64,000 bases of DNA from Rebecca billardiae RCC1528 (GCA_965240325.2 OZ251237.1:1116001-1180000); one strand, 5' to 3'; counted from the first letter of the stretch, positions 11,201 to 23,371 are shown. The notes: generated by a model not told the origin, from the sequence alone. Numbers and translations are program-made.

Positions 11201-13339
11201 GAGCAGCAGGTGGCAGCACTGCTGCCCGCCGCTCACCTCCTCCGCCCACGCGCGCAGCACGTGGTTGGCCCGCTGGCGCGCGGAGCACTGGTGGAACGCT
11301 CCGCCGCTGAGCACGCTCGCGCACGCCGCCTCGGCCGCGGTGCCGTTGGCGCGCGCGCACAGCTGCTCGCGCACGCTCTCCACCTCGTCGATGGAGTGCC
11401 TCGCGAGGACGACGCACCGCCGCTCGTGCGGACTGGTCCACAGCGCCATGGCCCACGCGCCCGACGCGCCGCCCACCACGCCCCCCTCGCTAGCCTCCGC
11501 GTCGGCGGCGGCGGTGGCCTCGTCGGCCTCTGTGTCGTTGGCCGCAACAGCGTCGGCGCCGAGCCGCATCGCGCCGGCCGAGAGCGCGCGGCAGTCGCGC
11601 GCGGCGCCGACGTCGCGCGCGGCGCAGCGCGGGCCGGTCCACCCGTCGTCGCACACGCACCGCGCGCGCCGCGGCCCGTCGCCGTCCGGCCCGAGCGAGC
11701 CGCCGACGCAGCGGCCGTGCGCTCTGCAGTCGCCCGCACCGCCGCCGCACGGCGCGCCGCCCGGCCGGACGGGCCGCAGCGGCTCGCCAGTGTCGCCCGG
11801 CGGCACGTACCGCTCGCGGTGCTTGCGGATGAAGTCGGTCGTCGGCCGCTCGGGCGGGTCGCACCCGACGTTCTTCGCGCCCTCGCGCTGGTACACGCGC
11901 ACGTGCTCCACCTCGTACTTGGTGGGCAGCATCGCGCACAGGTCGGCGAGCCACTGCCGGCTGTTGACGAGCGCGCCCGTGTCCTCGTCCAGCTCCATGC
12001 ACTCGGTGCACGCCGTGCGCGTGCAGTCGCTGCAGCAGTCGCAGCGCGTCTCGTCGCACCACGGCCAGCCCCACTTGGTCGAGAGGTCCACGTTGAGGAT
12101 CAGGTACATCGGCTCGTCCGGGATCTTGCGCCCGTCCATCGTGCCCTCGCCCTCGCCGTCGCGGAAGGAGATCGGGCGCTCGCGGGTGACGACGCTCGCG
12201 GGCACGGTGTACCGCGGCTCGTCGTCGACGGAGAAGCGCACGCGGCCGTCGTCGCCGCCGGTCCACTCGCACTGGTACGTGTGCTGCCCCTCGAAGTGCG
12301 CCTCGCCGATGCTGTGCATCGCCGAGAACGCGTCCGTGTGCAGCGTCTGCCCCTGGGGTGCGTAGACGTCGCCGAAGAATTCGTAGTTGAGCGAGATGTT
12401 CTGGCCGTGCGCGTAGATGGGGCCGTACGCCTCGGCGGTGGGCCAGAGCTCGGGGTAGTACGAGTACTCGCGGCCGTACTCGTTGGGCATGCACCCGTCG
12501 ATCGGCCGCTCCACCGCGTCGAACGGCTGGCCCGGCGCCGCCTGCAGCGACGTGGCGAGCATCGGCAGCGGCACGCGCGTGCGCTCGATCCAGCTCGGGT
12601 CGACGGGCGGGCACAACCCCGACTCGACCTTGTCGCCAAAGTCGTAGACGAACGTGCCGGGCATCGCCTCGACGATGTCTAGTTCGGGCGCGCCGCGCGC
12701 CTGCTGCCCGTCGCACCCGTCGATCTCCCACGTGCCCGCCTGGTTCGCGCGCCTGTGCTCGCGCGCCGGGCAGCTGTCCGTGTTGAAGGGCCACATCCGA
12801 TCGGTGCTGCGCGGGAACGTTGCGCGGGCGAGCTCGCCGACCATCCAGAACGCGGGCCAGAGGCCGGGCTGCGTCGAGCGGCCTGGGAGCTGGGCTGACA
12901 GCTCGACGAAGCCCTCCGTGAAGCAGAACTTGGACCAGCTCTGGATCATCGCAGACTCGTACGGCCGCTCGGCGCCGTCCTGGGCCTGCGCGAGCACATC
13001 GGCCACCGTCGTCTCGATGACGAGCTTGCCGCGCTCGGTGTACACGTGGGACGCGTCGTACGTGTTCACCTGCAGGTTCGTCTTGGGCTCCGACTCGATC
13101 GCCGTCCAGATCGGGTCGTGACCGTCGTCAAACGTCCGCCCGTCCTGCTCAAACTCGTCCGAGAAGACGAGCTCGTACCGCACGCCGTCCACGAGCTTGA
13201 AGCGCGCGCGCTCCGGCGTATCGGGGTCGACCCAGTCGGCATGGTCCGTCGCAGACGGCGCCGGCTGAAGCGCGAGCAGCAGCGCCGCCAGCGCCAGCCG
13301 CTGCCATCTTTGGCGCGGTGGTCGCGACAACGTCTCCAT
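3035..13339 (-). CDS. Fusion: signal peptide + GH16 KRE6/SKN1-like domain + EGF-like domain + TM + FKS1-type 1,3-beta-glucan synthase (GT48), ~3434 aa
   Basis: One uninterrupted ORF. ATG 13339 precedes a hydrophobic signal (LALAALLLALQPAPS). GH16: LVFSDEF, YESAMIQSWSKFCFTEG, GLWPAFW, RGAPELDIVE. EGF-like: C..HGRC...CVCDDGWTGPRC. FKS1 domain 1: LYLCLWGEAGNVRFCPEALCFFF, NYDDWNEVFW. GT48: GDGKGDNQNHA, TIDSNQEGYLEEALK, GFREHI, YGHPD, GGVSKATKGLNLSEDVFAG, QVGKGRE. Confidence 0.93.
10181..10281. repeat. 51-bp exact in-frame tandem duplication inside the glucan synthase CDS
   Basis: gctcccgccgccgcagctgccgcccgtgtgcgagcgcggcccgacgccgc occurs at 10181 and 10232, encoding GVGPRSHTGGSCGGGS twice. Confidence 0.9.
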
Positions 13340-13682
13340 CGTTTGGGGATCTTGGCCCGCCGCCAACTCCACAACTCTTAACGATAGCGGCTCCAGAGCG
13401 CCGTCTCGGACTCTCGGAAATGAGTGGTGCCCTTCTGACCAGTGAGCAATCAGCAATCGCCGGGGGTACCCCCCGTGCGTATGTAGTTACGACTTGGTTA
13501 GTGTAGCAGTACTCGATGATTAACTCATGAACCGAATTGAGAACATTTGACCTGTACGACGATAGTAATGTTGGTTGTGCTGAAGCTATAGATGATAGCC
13601 GGTGCGGGTGAAAGGGCACGATGGCGATTCCCCATCCATACTCCATACACAGTGAGCAGAGCTGACCAGCGGCGCACACGGC

Positions 13683-16546
13683 TCAGATGAGTCCACTGCT
13701 CTCCCAGATCTTCCACAATCTTCTGGTGAGGGTGTCGATGTGCGAGTTGATCGTGTGGCGGGATTGGTCGAGCCCCGTCAGCAGCTCAGTGTGCGCCTGC
13801 ATCAACGAATCCACCTTGCTGCTCGCACGCGCGTGCGGACCGGGCGCCCCGTCCGACACCCGCGATGAGAACCGCGCGCGCGCGCGCGCGCCGCTGCCCA
13901 CGTGCTGCGCGGGCTGGTGCGCGCGCGCGCGCGCACCGGGAGAGGTTGGTGTAGATGCGCTTGCGCCGCTCCATCTCGTTCTCGATGCGCGTCTGCTCGT
14001 CCGTGTCCTTGAAGTCGCGCTCGAGCACGGACTTGCGCTCCTCCGCCTCCGCCTCCATGTCAGCCTGCAGCGACGTCAGCTCCTCCTTCGTCAGCCACCC
14101 CTTGGCGCCCGTGTCGTACCGCTTGAGCACGAGGTCCGCGTTCGACCAGTACCGCCACGTCGGGAAGCGGTCGGACGGCTGCGCCAGGCCGGACGCGCGG
14201 AGGATCTCGCGGAGCTCGCTCTCGGTCACGATGCCGTCGGACAGCGCCTGCGTGATCTCGCGCTGCGTCTTGCGCGTGCGCAGCGCGATGATGAGGAACT
14301 TGTACTGCTTCTGCGCGAGCTGCACGATGATGCCGACCGTGTACTTGATCGTGTTGTACAGCTTCCGGCTCTGCGGGTCCTCCTTGAGCTCCTTCTTCGC
14401 CTGCGCGGGCGCGGCGTGCAGGGGCGCGCGCGTCGGGGCGGCGGGTGCGAGCCCCACGCGGGAGCGCGTCGGCGGGCGCGGCGCGCGCATCGCGCAGCGC
14501 GACCGCGGCGCGCGCACGCACGTGTGCGTATGACGAGGTGACGATGGCGACGAACATGTTGAGCAGCACGAACATGACGAAGATGGCGTACATGACGAAG
14601 AGCACCGGGCCGAGCAGCCGGTTCGCCTCGCGCAGCTCGTCCAGGTTCACGTCGCCCGAGAGCACGGCGAAGAGCGTGTAGAACGACTCGCCGCCCGTCG
14701 CAAACTCGAGCAGGTCGGTGCCGAACGAGAGCTGGAACGCCTGCATGAAGCCGAGGAAGACGATGGTGAACATGACGAGGAAGCCGACCAGGTCGGCGAA
14801 CGCGTGCGAGACCGTGCGGTTCAGCATCGAGAGCTGCGGCACCACCGTCGCAAACTTGAACATCGAGATGAACGAGAGGAGCACGTTGATTGACAGAATG
14901 TTCTGCGTCTCGTACATCGAGTCTGCGACCTTGTGGAAGTCGACGAACTGGTTGGCGCGCGGCGCGAGCGTGAGCGAGGTCAGCGTGCGCAGCGCGCTCA
15001 TCCGGCGCACCGTCACCACGATGTGCAGCCCGAGCGACGCGTACTGGATCACCGAGAACAGGTCCATGTGCGTGATGCCGTGCTCGAGCGCCAGCCAGAG
15101 CACGTACACCTTGCCCGCCGCGGTGTCGTCCGAGTCCATCTTGCGCGCGTCGCGCAGCACGCGCCGCGCCGTGCGCCAGTGCTTGCGCGTCTCCCACGCC
15201 ACCGTGCGCACGATGAGCACGAGGAAGAGCAGCTCGGCGACCAGCTTGAGGATGTCGAGCCGGTTGGGCGGCGGGAACGCGTCGGCGCGCGCCGTCAGGA
15301 ACATCAGGTGGCGCACGGGCGAGACGGTGTAGAAGGTGGCGACGCCGTACACGCCGCCGGTGAAGGGCATGGTCATGTCGATCGTGACGGAGCAGTACAG
15401 GTTGGACGGCGCGTTGTACGTCGTGAACAGCAGCTCGAGCACGCGCGTCTGCTGGTCGACGTACAGGTGGTCCTGCAGCTCGTCGATAAAGTCCTGCCAC
15501 TGCGAGAGCACGAGATCGGACGGGATGTCCATCTTGTGCAGCTTCTCCTCGGGCGTGAAGGTCTCGCCGCCCGTGCCCTCGCTCACGTCGCGCCGCCCGC
15601 CGCCGCCGCCGCCGCCGCCCGCGCGCAGCTGCCGCCGCCAGTCCGGCGCGTCCCCCTCCTCGCCGCCGCCCACGCGGATCGCGCCCGCGTCGGTGCGCGC
15701 GTCCTCGCCAAAGAGCCGACGGCCGATCATCGCGGGCCGCCGGCGCACGCGCGACTGGTCGATGAGCGCGGGGTCGATGCGGTAGTAGTTGCGCGGCACG
15801 CCGAACGGCTCGCCGCTCCACGACTCCGGGTCCGCGCTCGGCCGCGGGTAGCACGACTTGATGGTCGGCTGCGTGCCGCGCTCTCGGTAGACCGGCAGCT
15901 CAGCGCAGTTCTCCCACGTCGAGTTGATGCGCGCGGTCACGAGGCGGATCGCGCCGATCTTGCGGTGCGCGCGGTCCATGATGAACGGGCGGTCCTCCTT
16001 CGGCGTGCCGTCCTCGGAGAAGAGCTCCTCGCTCAGGATGTCCCGCAGGTACTCCCACATCTCGTTCACGTCCGCGATGCCCTCGTTCAGGTAGAACACC
16101 TCGCTCGGCCGGTCGTGCTTGTCAAACATGTGCGGCGGGTCGGCGAGCAGCGCCTCGCGCATGCGGTCGACGAGCGGGAACGCGTCCGGCAGCCCGTTCA
16201 TGTTCGTCGCGACCACGATCAGCACGATCAGGAAGAGCAAGTACTCGAAGAACTCGGCGAGGAACGTGAGCGTCGAGCGCAGGTCCTCGCGCGACGCCTT
16301 GGCGCGCACCTCGGTGCGCAGGGCGCCTACGGTGCTCAGCACGAGGCCGATGCGGCTGATGCGCCGGGCCGGCTTCGCCTCCTCCTCCTCCTCGTCCACA
16401 TCCAGCAGCTGAGCGCTCGAGAGCGCCTCCCTCGAGAGCCCGCTCTGGAGGATCGCCCGCTGGATGCCAGACTCGGCGGCGGTCGGCTCGCGCGCCCCGG
16501 CCGACATGCCGCTCACGCTCAGCGCCTTGCCGCTCTTCGACGACAT
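13683..16546 (-). CDS. Polycystin-2 (PKD2/TRPP)-like cation channel
   Basis: Exons 16546-14522, 14400-13937, 13818-13683 (GT-AG introns). S1 is followed by a large TOP-like loop (YVDQQTRVLELLFTTYNAPSNLY) and an S5-pore-S6 region (FGTDLLEF...ANRLLGPVLFVMYAIFVMFVLLNMFVAIV). The C-terminus has an EF-hand-like loop YDTGAKGWLTKEEL and a coiled coil. Confidence 0.88.
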
Positions 16547-16895
16547 GGCTCACGACGGGCACCCGCAGCCCCGCGGGCTGGCGCGATGCAACAGGGCCCG
16601 GCCCCGCCCGCCCGCCGGTGCTGGCTGGTCCTTGTTGGCGCCGGCGCGCCGCTGCTGGTCACCTGCCTCCACCCCCAAGAAGTCATGCGGGAGTCCGGGC
16701 CACTTGCAAGCGCGGCGCCTCCGACGCGGGCGCCATCGTGATCAAAGATGACCGCGCAACTTGGACGAAAGCGTTCGTCGTGCAAGTTTCTGGGGCTTTC
16801 CACGGGCGGACAAGGAATAATTGCGCGCAGCTTGCGTGCACGTGGACGGAGCTTCGCAACCGGCCCGGGCGGACCCCCCGTCGCTTGACGACGCG

Positions 16896-17402
16896 ATGTC
16901 GAGGCTCGTCTTGGCCGCGGCGGCGGCGACGCTCGCGCTTCCCGGGGCGGAATCCTTCCACCAGCTAGGCGCACCGGCGCCGGGCGCGCGACGTGCGCGC
17001 GTCGTCATGCAGCATCATCCCTTTGTCGACCGCAACGCGCGGCTCTCCAATGCGGCGTTTGATCCGTACCCATTCTACGAGCCGGACACGGAGTTTGTGG
17101 GCACGATGAAGCCGGGAACGCGGCCTGAGAACGCGCCATATGACTCTGTCATGGGCCGCGCGCACTTGGTGGATAACACGAACGTCGTCGAGTGGTCGCT
17201 CGACGATCGTGCGCCGCTGATACGTGATCCTGACACCAAGTTCCTCGATTGGATCCGCGACAATGGCCTACTGTATGACGAGATGGGCGGCGACGATGCG
17301 TTCGTGCCCGCGGTGGAGGCCGCAGTCGTCCTCGAGGACGAGTTCGAGTTCGAGGATGGCATCGGGGGCCTTGGCTTCGAGGACGGCGAGAGTTTGCTCT
17401 AA
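16896..17402 (+). CDS. Hypothetical protein with a bipartite plastid-targeting-like presequence, 168 aa
   Basis: MSRLVLAAAAATLALPGAES|F resembles an ASAFAP-type cleavage site. An Arg-rich transit-like stretch, a globular core and an acidic tail follow. Codon usage is gene-like. Confidence 0.65.
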   Translation: MSRLVLAAAAATLALPGAESFHQLGAPAPGARRARVVMQHHPFVDRNARLSNAAFDPYPFYEPDTEFVGTMKPGTRPENAPYDSVMGRAHLVDNTNVVEWSLDDRAPLIRDPDTKFLDWIRDNGLLYDEMGGDDAFVPAVEAAVVLEDEFEFEDGIGGLGFEDGESLL

Positions 17403-18528
17403 AACGCTGGTGGCGGCCCCGGGAGCGGGCCTGGGAGCCCCGGTGGCCAGCCCGGGCCGCGCCCTGGCGCGCGCGGTCAGTGTCGGTCAGCGGACCGCGG
17501 ACACTAGCCACTGGTGGGACACTTCTGAGCGGGACAGGCTGCTGAGTCGCTCCGATCCCTGACACTGATTACTGAGTCTGCGGCATGCAGCCGCATGGGC
17601 CGGCTCCGGGCGGCGGCGTCACTGGCAATCGCGGATTACTACTTAGTACTTAACCGAGCTAAGCTATGCTGTCTACTATATCGGAACTATGATGAAGTAC
17701 TACGTAGTACTGTAGTACTGTATACGACGTTAAGCTACTGCTACTGTAAATCGCAATACGCGCCGCTTATACGGTAGTCATCGGTCCGCGCCGATAAGTG
17801 ATCGCGCGCGACCGTCACGGGTCCCGGCTTGCGCCAGTCTGAGTCTCAGTCAGTCAGTTAGGCCGGCAGGCCGCGCGACCGGTCCGGCTTGCGCCAGTCT
17901 CAGTGGCCCGCGCCGTGCCCGTGGCCGCGTGGGCGGGGCTCCGCCGCTCCGCATCGGATCAGCGGATCGGCCTCATCGACCGGCAGTCCGCCGGCTTAGA
18001 CCGGTCGTCACTACCGCCGTACCGGGCACCGGCGCGCGGTCGCACAGTAACCACTTAAACCAGTCGGCCGTGGGCCTGTGGCGCGCGGTCTAACCGCGTA
18101 CTTAGCTAGCATAATAAGCAGCACTCTCTGTGAGTGAGGCGCGGCCCGCGTCGGCTCGGCTGCACTGGCACTACTATAAACTGGCTATAGGCTGGCACCG
18201 CCGCACCGCACCCGTCGTCAGTCCGCGCGCGGACCCCGGTCGAGTGTGACCACAATCCACTATCCAGGAAAAGGCAGGATGCATCATGCTATTGAAGCCT
18301 ATTGCTAAGAGTACGAGTCGTCATCGTCATCATCATTACGTATGTCCGCCTAGCAGAACAGCGGCGCGCGCTATCCAACCGATTAAGACGATGGCGGCAG
18401 ACGGGCGATGGCTCGTGCGCAGTCGGCGCCGTATCCCACGTACACATACGTACACATACAGTATCGAGGAAGCAGCTCTGCCTGTCTGCCAGCTCATCTT
18501 GGTTGGATGCTGGCTGCAAGCAAGACGG

Positions 18529-19167
18529 TCAAATAGGCTTGACGCGAAAGTGAAGTCCGATCAGCGAGAAGACGAGGCACTTGATGTCCTGCACGAGGTA
18601 GTAGAAGATGCGCAGGCCTTCCGGGTCCTTACTTTCTTGCACATCTAGCAGCGAGCCAATCTTAGTCGTCACAAAGGAGATGTGCTCGCCATCGATCACG
18701 ACCTCGAGCTCCTGCCGTCCCATCTCGTCGGCGGTGGGCCACTGGTTGTCGTCCTCCTTGGTGATCTCGCTGTCATCGACGATTCGTTTGAGCTCACTCA
18801 CAACGCTCTGCGACACGTAGGCTGCGTGCACGAGACGCGCGGGGCCGCGACATCAGTACTTTCCCTGCCTGGGCGAACGTTGCGTGCGTGAACGTTGCGC
18901 GCACCCTCTTTCATGATCATGACATCGTTCTTGTAGTTGGAGTTGTTCGCATATCTCAGCCGCCCATCTGCTCGGAACTCAAACTCAAGGAATTCGTGGC
19001 CAAAACGACCTTTGTGGCCAACGCTGTAGACAGGCGCGCGAGTGTGCAGGGGAGGGGCCGGGCGAGCCGATGCGTGCTCAGCTGTCGAGAGCACGGACGC
19101 AAGGAGCACGCGACGCTAGCCCGGAATGCCGCACGTACTAGTAGCGGAGGTAGAATTCGTCTGCCAT
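18529..19167 (-). CDS. MAGO: Mago nashi (exon junction complex core)
   Basis: Exons 19167-19139, 19023-18905, 18821-18529 give [43 protein letters not shown]...[13 protein letters not shown]. Confidence 0.97.
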
Positions 19168-20068
19168 CGATGCCCCCTTCTGCTAAGAGCCCTCCGGATC
19201 TGCGCGCCACGCTCGTGCCGTCGCGCGGCCACCCGTGTCGTTGTCGTAGCGAGCCGCAGCGCTCTCCCTTGGCTCTCCTCTGCTCAGCTCGCCCGATCCA
19301 GCAGCAGGCTCTGCAAGCTGGGTCTGCCGGGCGGGCACGATGGCGGACGCGCGGGGTCCGAGATCTGAGGCGGTCACGGCCACTAGAGCGCAACGCAGTC
19401 CCTCGGTGCTACCTACTGCACCAATACATCAAGCTCACCCGGTCAGTGTGGGACGGCGGGACTGCGGTGTCACGCGTCGGGCCGTCGGCGGCTCGGCCGC
19501 GCCCGTGCGGGGCGCGGGTGGGCTCGGAGTGGCACGGACCAGGCCGGCGTGATGGCCCGCGGCCCCGCGGCTGAGTTGACCTGCGCCAGTGCGGCGGTCC
19601 ACTGCTCTGTCAGGTACAGTGTCAGTGTCTAGCTCTGATGACAGTCTGACTGACAGACCGAGCCCGATAATGAGGTTGACGACAACTACTGACAACGGCC
19701 CCGGACGGGCCGAATCGCCATAAGCCGCGCCCGCTGGCTCGGCGGCGGCTAATAAGAGAGTAGAGAGTACGGAGGACTTCAGATCGAGTGATTAAGAGTT
19801 AGACCGGCGGCCAGATGCTAAGGCGTACTGTAACGGACTGACACGCGGCGGCGATCTCGCGGTCACAGCGCAGCATAGTGCCATAGTGCGGAGGTCAATA
19901 TCACTTTGTGAATTGACGCCGACGGGTCACGGGACCTCATCAGGACCGGCCAGGCACGGGGCCCGGATCAGCTACGGTGGAGCCGTGGAGGCGCAACCAC
20001 TGCCAGGATGAGGATCTGCAAGGCCGCACAGCACTCAGCAGCGAAGACGCGCGCCCCCTGTGAAGGCC

Positions 20069-21456
20069 CTAAGCCACAGCCTCGTTCGAGTCGTTCGGCG
20101 CGACCTCGCCGATCCACTTCTTCAGGTCGGGCGGCTCGGCCATCGTGGCCTGGATCCATGGGTGTGCGAGCAGCGCGGACGCCCCCGGCCGCTGGCTCGG
20201 GTCGCGCGTCATGCACTCTTTCACAAAGCGCACGAGCTTCTCGTCCGCGGGCGGCGGCAGCTCGGGCGCATCGCCCTCGACGATGTTGTGCAGCAGCTCC
20301 CAGAAGATCATGCCCTGCCCCGCCTCCTCCGGCAGCAGCCCGCCGCCGGCCTCCCCGCCCTTGGACGAGGCGAACGGGTACCGCCCCGCCGCGCACTCCC
20401 ACAGCGTGACGCCGAGCGACCACACGTCCGAGTTGAACGAGTAGTCCGAGCCGTTGATGCGCTCGGGCGACATGTACGCGGCGGTGCCCACCCACGAGCG
20501 GGGGCGCGAGAAGGTGCTCGCCAGCTCGCCGCACATGCCGAGGTCGGCGAGCTTGACGTCGCCAGCGCTGCTGAGCAGCACGTTGCCCGGCTTGACGTCA
20601 CGGTGCACAATTTTGAGCGCCTGCAGCGCCTTGAGCCCGCGTAGCAGCTGCGTCGCGATCGCCGCGAGCACGCGCGCCTCGATCGGCCCCGATTTGCGCA
20701 GCACCTCGTGCAGGCTGCCGCGGTTCATGTACTCGAGCGCGATGTGGATGGCGCCGTCGGCGTAGAACGCGCCCAAGAAGCTGATGATGGCCGGCACGCG
20801 CCGCTCGCCACCCGCCGCGCCCTGCGCGCCCTCGGCGGCCGCGCCCTCGGCCTCCGTGCCCTCGAGCACGAGCGCGCGGTGCAGCACCCGCAGCTCCTGC
20901 AGAATCTGCTTGCGCTCACGCTCCGAGATGCCGAGGGAGATCATCTGCGCGCGGGGCGGCGCGGCGCGCGGGGCGGCCGGCGGTCAGGGCGCTTAGGTAG
21001 GCTCGGCACTCGCGCGTGGGCCTGCGCGCCGCCGGCTGCGCGTGCGGCGCACCTTGAGCGCCATGAGCTGCCCCGTGGGCTTGTGGCGGACGAGCTGAAC
21101 CACGCCGCTCGAGCCTTCGCCGAGAGGGCGAATGACGTCCATATGATCGCGCGTCATGCCCGAGTACTCGGTGTCAGTCTGCGCCGCACTAGCATTGGCA
21201 GCACCCTCCGCGCGGATCCGAAGCCCCTGCATGTTGAGTGACAAGTCGCCATCGCGGAGCGAGCCGGTGTCGGAGCTGCGCATGCACGCGCCAGGCGGCG
21301 CACAGGGTCAGGGCGGGCACCGCGCGAGGCACGCGCCTGACGGCGCGTGCAGGGCACGTACATCGCCACGCCATGCTCGCCCTGCTTGGCCGTGGACACG
21401 TCAAGCTTCAGGCCCGCCTTGAACTTCGCCTTGCTTTCACGCTTCGCGTCAGCCAT
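20069..21456 (-). CDS. MAP kinase kinase (STE7/MEK family)
   Basis: Exons 21456-21362, 21275-21053, 20944-20069. Motifs: N-terminal docking-like KFKAGLKLDV, LGEGSSGVV, MALK, HRDVKPGN, DLG, SWVGTAAYMSPERI, SDVWSLG. Confidence 0.93.
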
Positions 21457-21554
21457 TGCCTTGACGGGAGACGGCCACAGCTTGCGCCCACGAGATTGCG
21501 CCGCCCGGCGTTCCGGCCACAGCGGGGCATTGGGCAAGCATCGAGGACCGCACG

Positions 21555-22814
21555 ATGGCCGTCGCGCGGGCACGTAGACGCTCGCTCCTAGGGAGGCTGC
21601 AGCTGCGCACGCTCCTCCTGAAAGGCCCATCGTATCTCCGCCGCACCAGATCGCCGGCACGTCGGCGAACGAGGCCGCACCCGCCACGTACTGGGACGAG
21701 CGCGGCGGTGGCCCCGGCGCCGATTGCGGCAGCTGGCACCGCTGTACGCGAGCTGGCGCCGGAATCCGTGCGCGAGCTGCTCGAGCTGGCGCAGCGGCGG
21801 CGCATTCCCGAGCTGGACGCGCGGCTGAGCGAGGCCGGCTTCCTGTTCCGCCTGGCCACGCCCATCCTCTCGTACCCGACTGAGTACAACGGCCTGCGCG
21901 CGGCAGCTGCCGGCAACACGCGACACGCTGGCGCGGACGGGCGCGTTTGCGTGCTTGACAGCGCGCTGGACGAGCGATTCATTGCGAGTATGCGGGGCGC
22001 GCTCGGCCCCGAGGCGCCGTTCTGGACGGAGACGGGATATCTGGCCGGCGACGTGGGCTACTTTAGCTTCGTCCATCGCCTCGGCGCGGAGGCGCAGGGC
22101 CACGGGGGCGCGGGGGCGGCTGGCTTCAGCGTGATGGATCAGCTGATCAGTGCGATCCGCGCGCTCATGGCCGCCCGCTTCCCCGCGCTGGCGGAGGCGC
22201 AGTACGCGGAGTGGTGGGCGCACAACCGCGCGCACGAGCACTCGCACCAGCTGCACTTCGACTCCGCGGACGAGGGCGCGGGCGGCGTGCGCAACCCGAT
22301 CATCAGCACGGTGCTCTTCCTCGAGGCGGCGGGCGGCCCGACGCTCGTCACGGCACAGGCGCGCGACTCGACGGCGCTCGCGCAGCACGGCTGGCTCGCG
22401 TACCCGCGCGTGAACCGGCTCGTCGCGTTCGACGGCAGCCTGCTGCACTGCGTCGTGCCGGGCCGCGCCACGCAGCGCTCGGAGCGTCGGCGCGTGACCG
22501 TGATGGTCTCGTTCTGGCGGCGGCTGGACGTGCGCGACGAGCATCGCGCGGGCGACCACCTCGGCCCCGCCAAGGTGCTGCCGCCGCCGTCCGCACCGCA
22601 CGCGCCGCGCTGGTGCAAGACGTTCGCCCCCGCGCCTGGCGCAGGCGTACCGTCGTCGTGGGCCTCCGCGCAAGCCCGATCCGGGCCGGTCGTGCCGGTC
22701 GAGCCGGTGTGGGAGCCCGTCGGGCGCGCGGAGCGCGAGGCCGCGCCGACGCCAGCCACGGCGGCGACGGTGCGGCAGTTGCCACCGTACGAGGCCCTCT
22801 TCCAGGGCTGCTGA
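21555..22814 (+). CDS. Uncharacterised 2-oxoglutarate/Fe(II) dioxygenase-fold protein
   Basis: HxD...H...R pattern: HQLHFD, STVLFL...GGPT, NRLVAFDGSLLHCV, RRVTVMVSFW. Confidence 0.7.
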   Translation: MAVARARRRSLLGRLQLRTLLLKGPSYLRRTRSPARRRTRPHPPRTGTSAAVAPAPIAAAGTAVRELAPESVRELLELAQRRRIPELDARLSEAGFLFRLATPILSYPTEYNGLRAAAAGNTRHAGADGRVCVLDSALDERFIASMRGALGPEAPFWTETGYLAGDVGYFSFVHRLGAEAQGHGGAGAAGFSVMDQLISAIRALMAARFPALAEAQYAEWWAHNRAHEHSHQLHFDSADEGAGGVRNPIISTVLFLEAAGGPTLVTAQARDSTALAQHGWLAYPRVNRLVAFDGSLLHCVVPGRATQRSERRRVTVMVSFWRRLDVRDEHRAGDHLGPAKVLPPPSAPHAPRWCKTFAPAPGAGVPSSWASAQARSGPVVPVEPVWEPVGRAEREAAPTPATAATVRQLPPYEALFQGC

Positions 22815-23371
22815 CAGCGCACCACCGCCGTCTCGTCACCGCTCGATCTTCGTCCCCGCCTTCAATCTGGGCGTACGGCCTCAGAATAAGACTAGCTACC
22901 AAACTATCATGGTCGACGGGACTCGTGAGCTTGTCAAGTACGTCATTTTCTCGGCCTCGGGTGATGCCGGAGATGGCCTGATGGGTCGGTTTTTGAATTC
23001 CACGAAAAAGGCGGCGGCCGGAACCGCGCGCGGATTTGTTTCGGAGCGCCGTAAAAAAACACGACGTTGCTTGGGCACGCTGTTACATGTCGTTTCGGCG
23101 GGTACCCGTGCGGTATCATTCTAAGGTTTTCGTCAATCGTCCGGCTGCGCTGTTACAAAGCGCCATCGTGTTTGGTCGCCGCGTCATATTGCCAGCCCCG
23201 ATCACGGAGCGGCAGCGCTCCTGCACTGGTGCGAGAGCCTTTGCGCTTCATGAGACGCCCCACGTACGTGAGGCGCCTAAACTCTGGTGCGGCGGCTTAT
23301 GGGCGACTGCTAGCTCGGGAGACTGCATCACCCGCCCGAGCGCCGAGCGCCCGGAGTCCCCGCGCGCCCCG

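Noticed and set aside
3061-12794. Many long antisense or alternate-frame ORFs (e.g. 3795-6365 +, 9788-12682 +; likewise 28458-30836 +)
   Set aside because: R/A/G/P-rich shadow frames expected from extreme GC and codon bias; no domain motifs.
17805-17905. ccggcttgcgccagtct direct repeat (17824, 17884) as a possible CRISPR-like array
   Set aside because: Only two copies in a slippage-rich eukaryotic spacer; no cas genes.
22985-23005. TTTGAA (CHR-like) upstream of CDC14, and AACGG (MSA-like) near the securin-like gene
   Set aside because: Single 5-6-mers with no statistical support.
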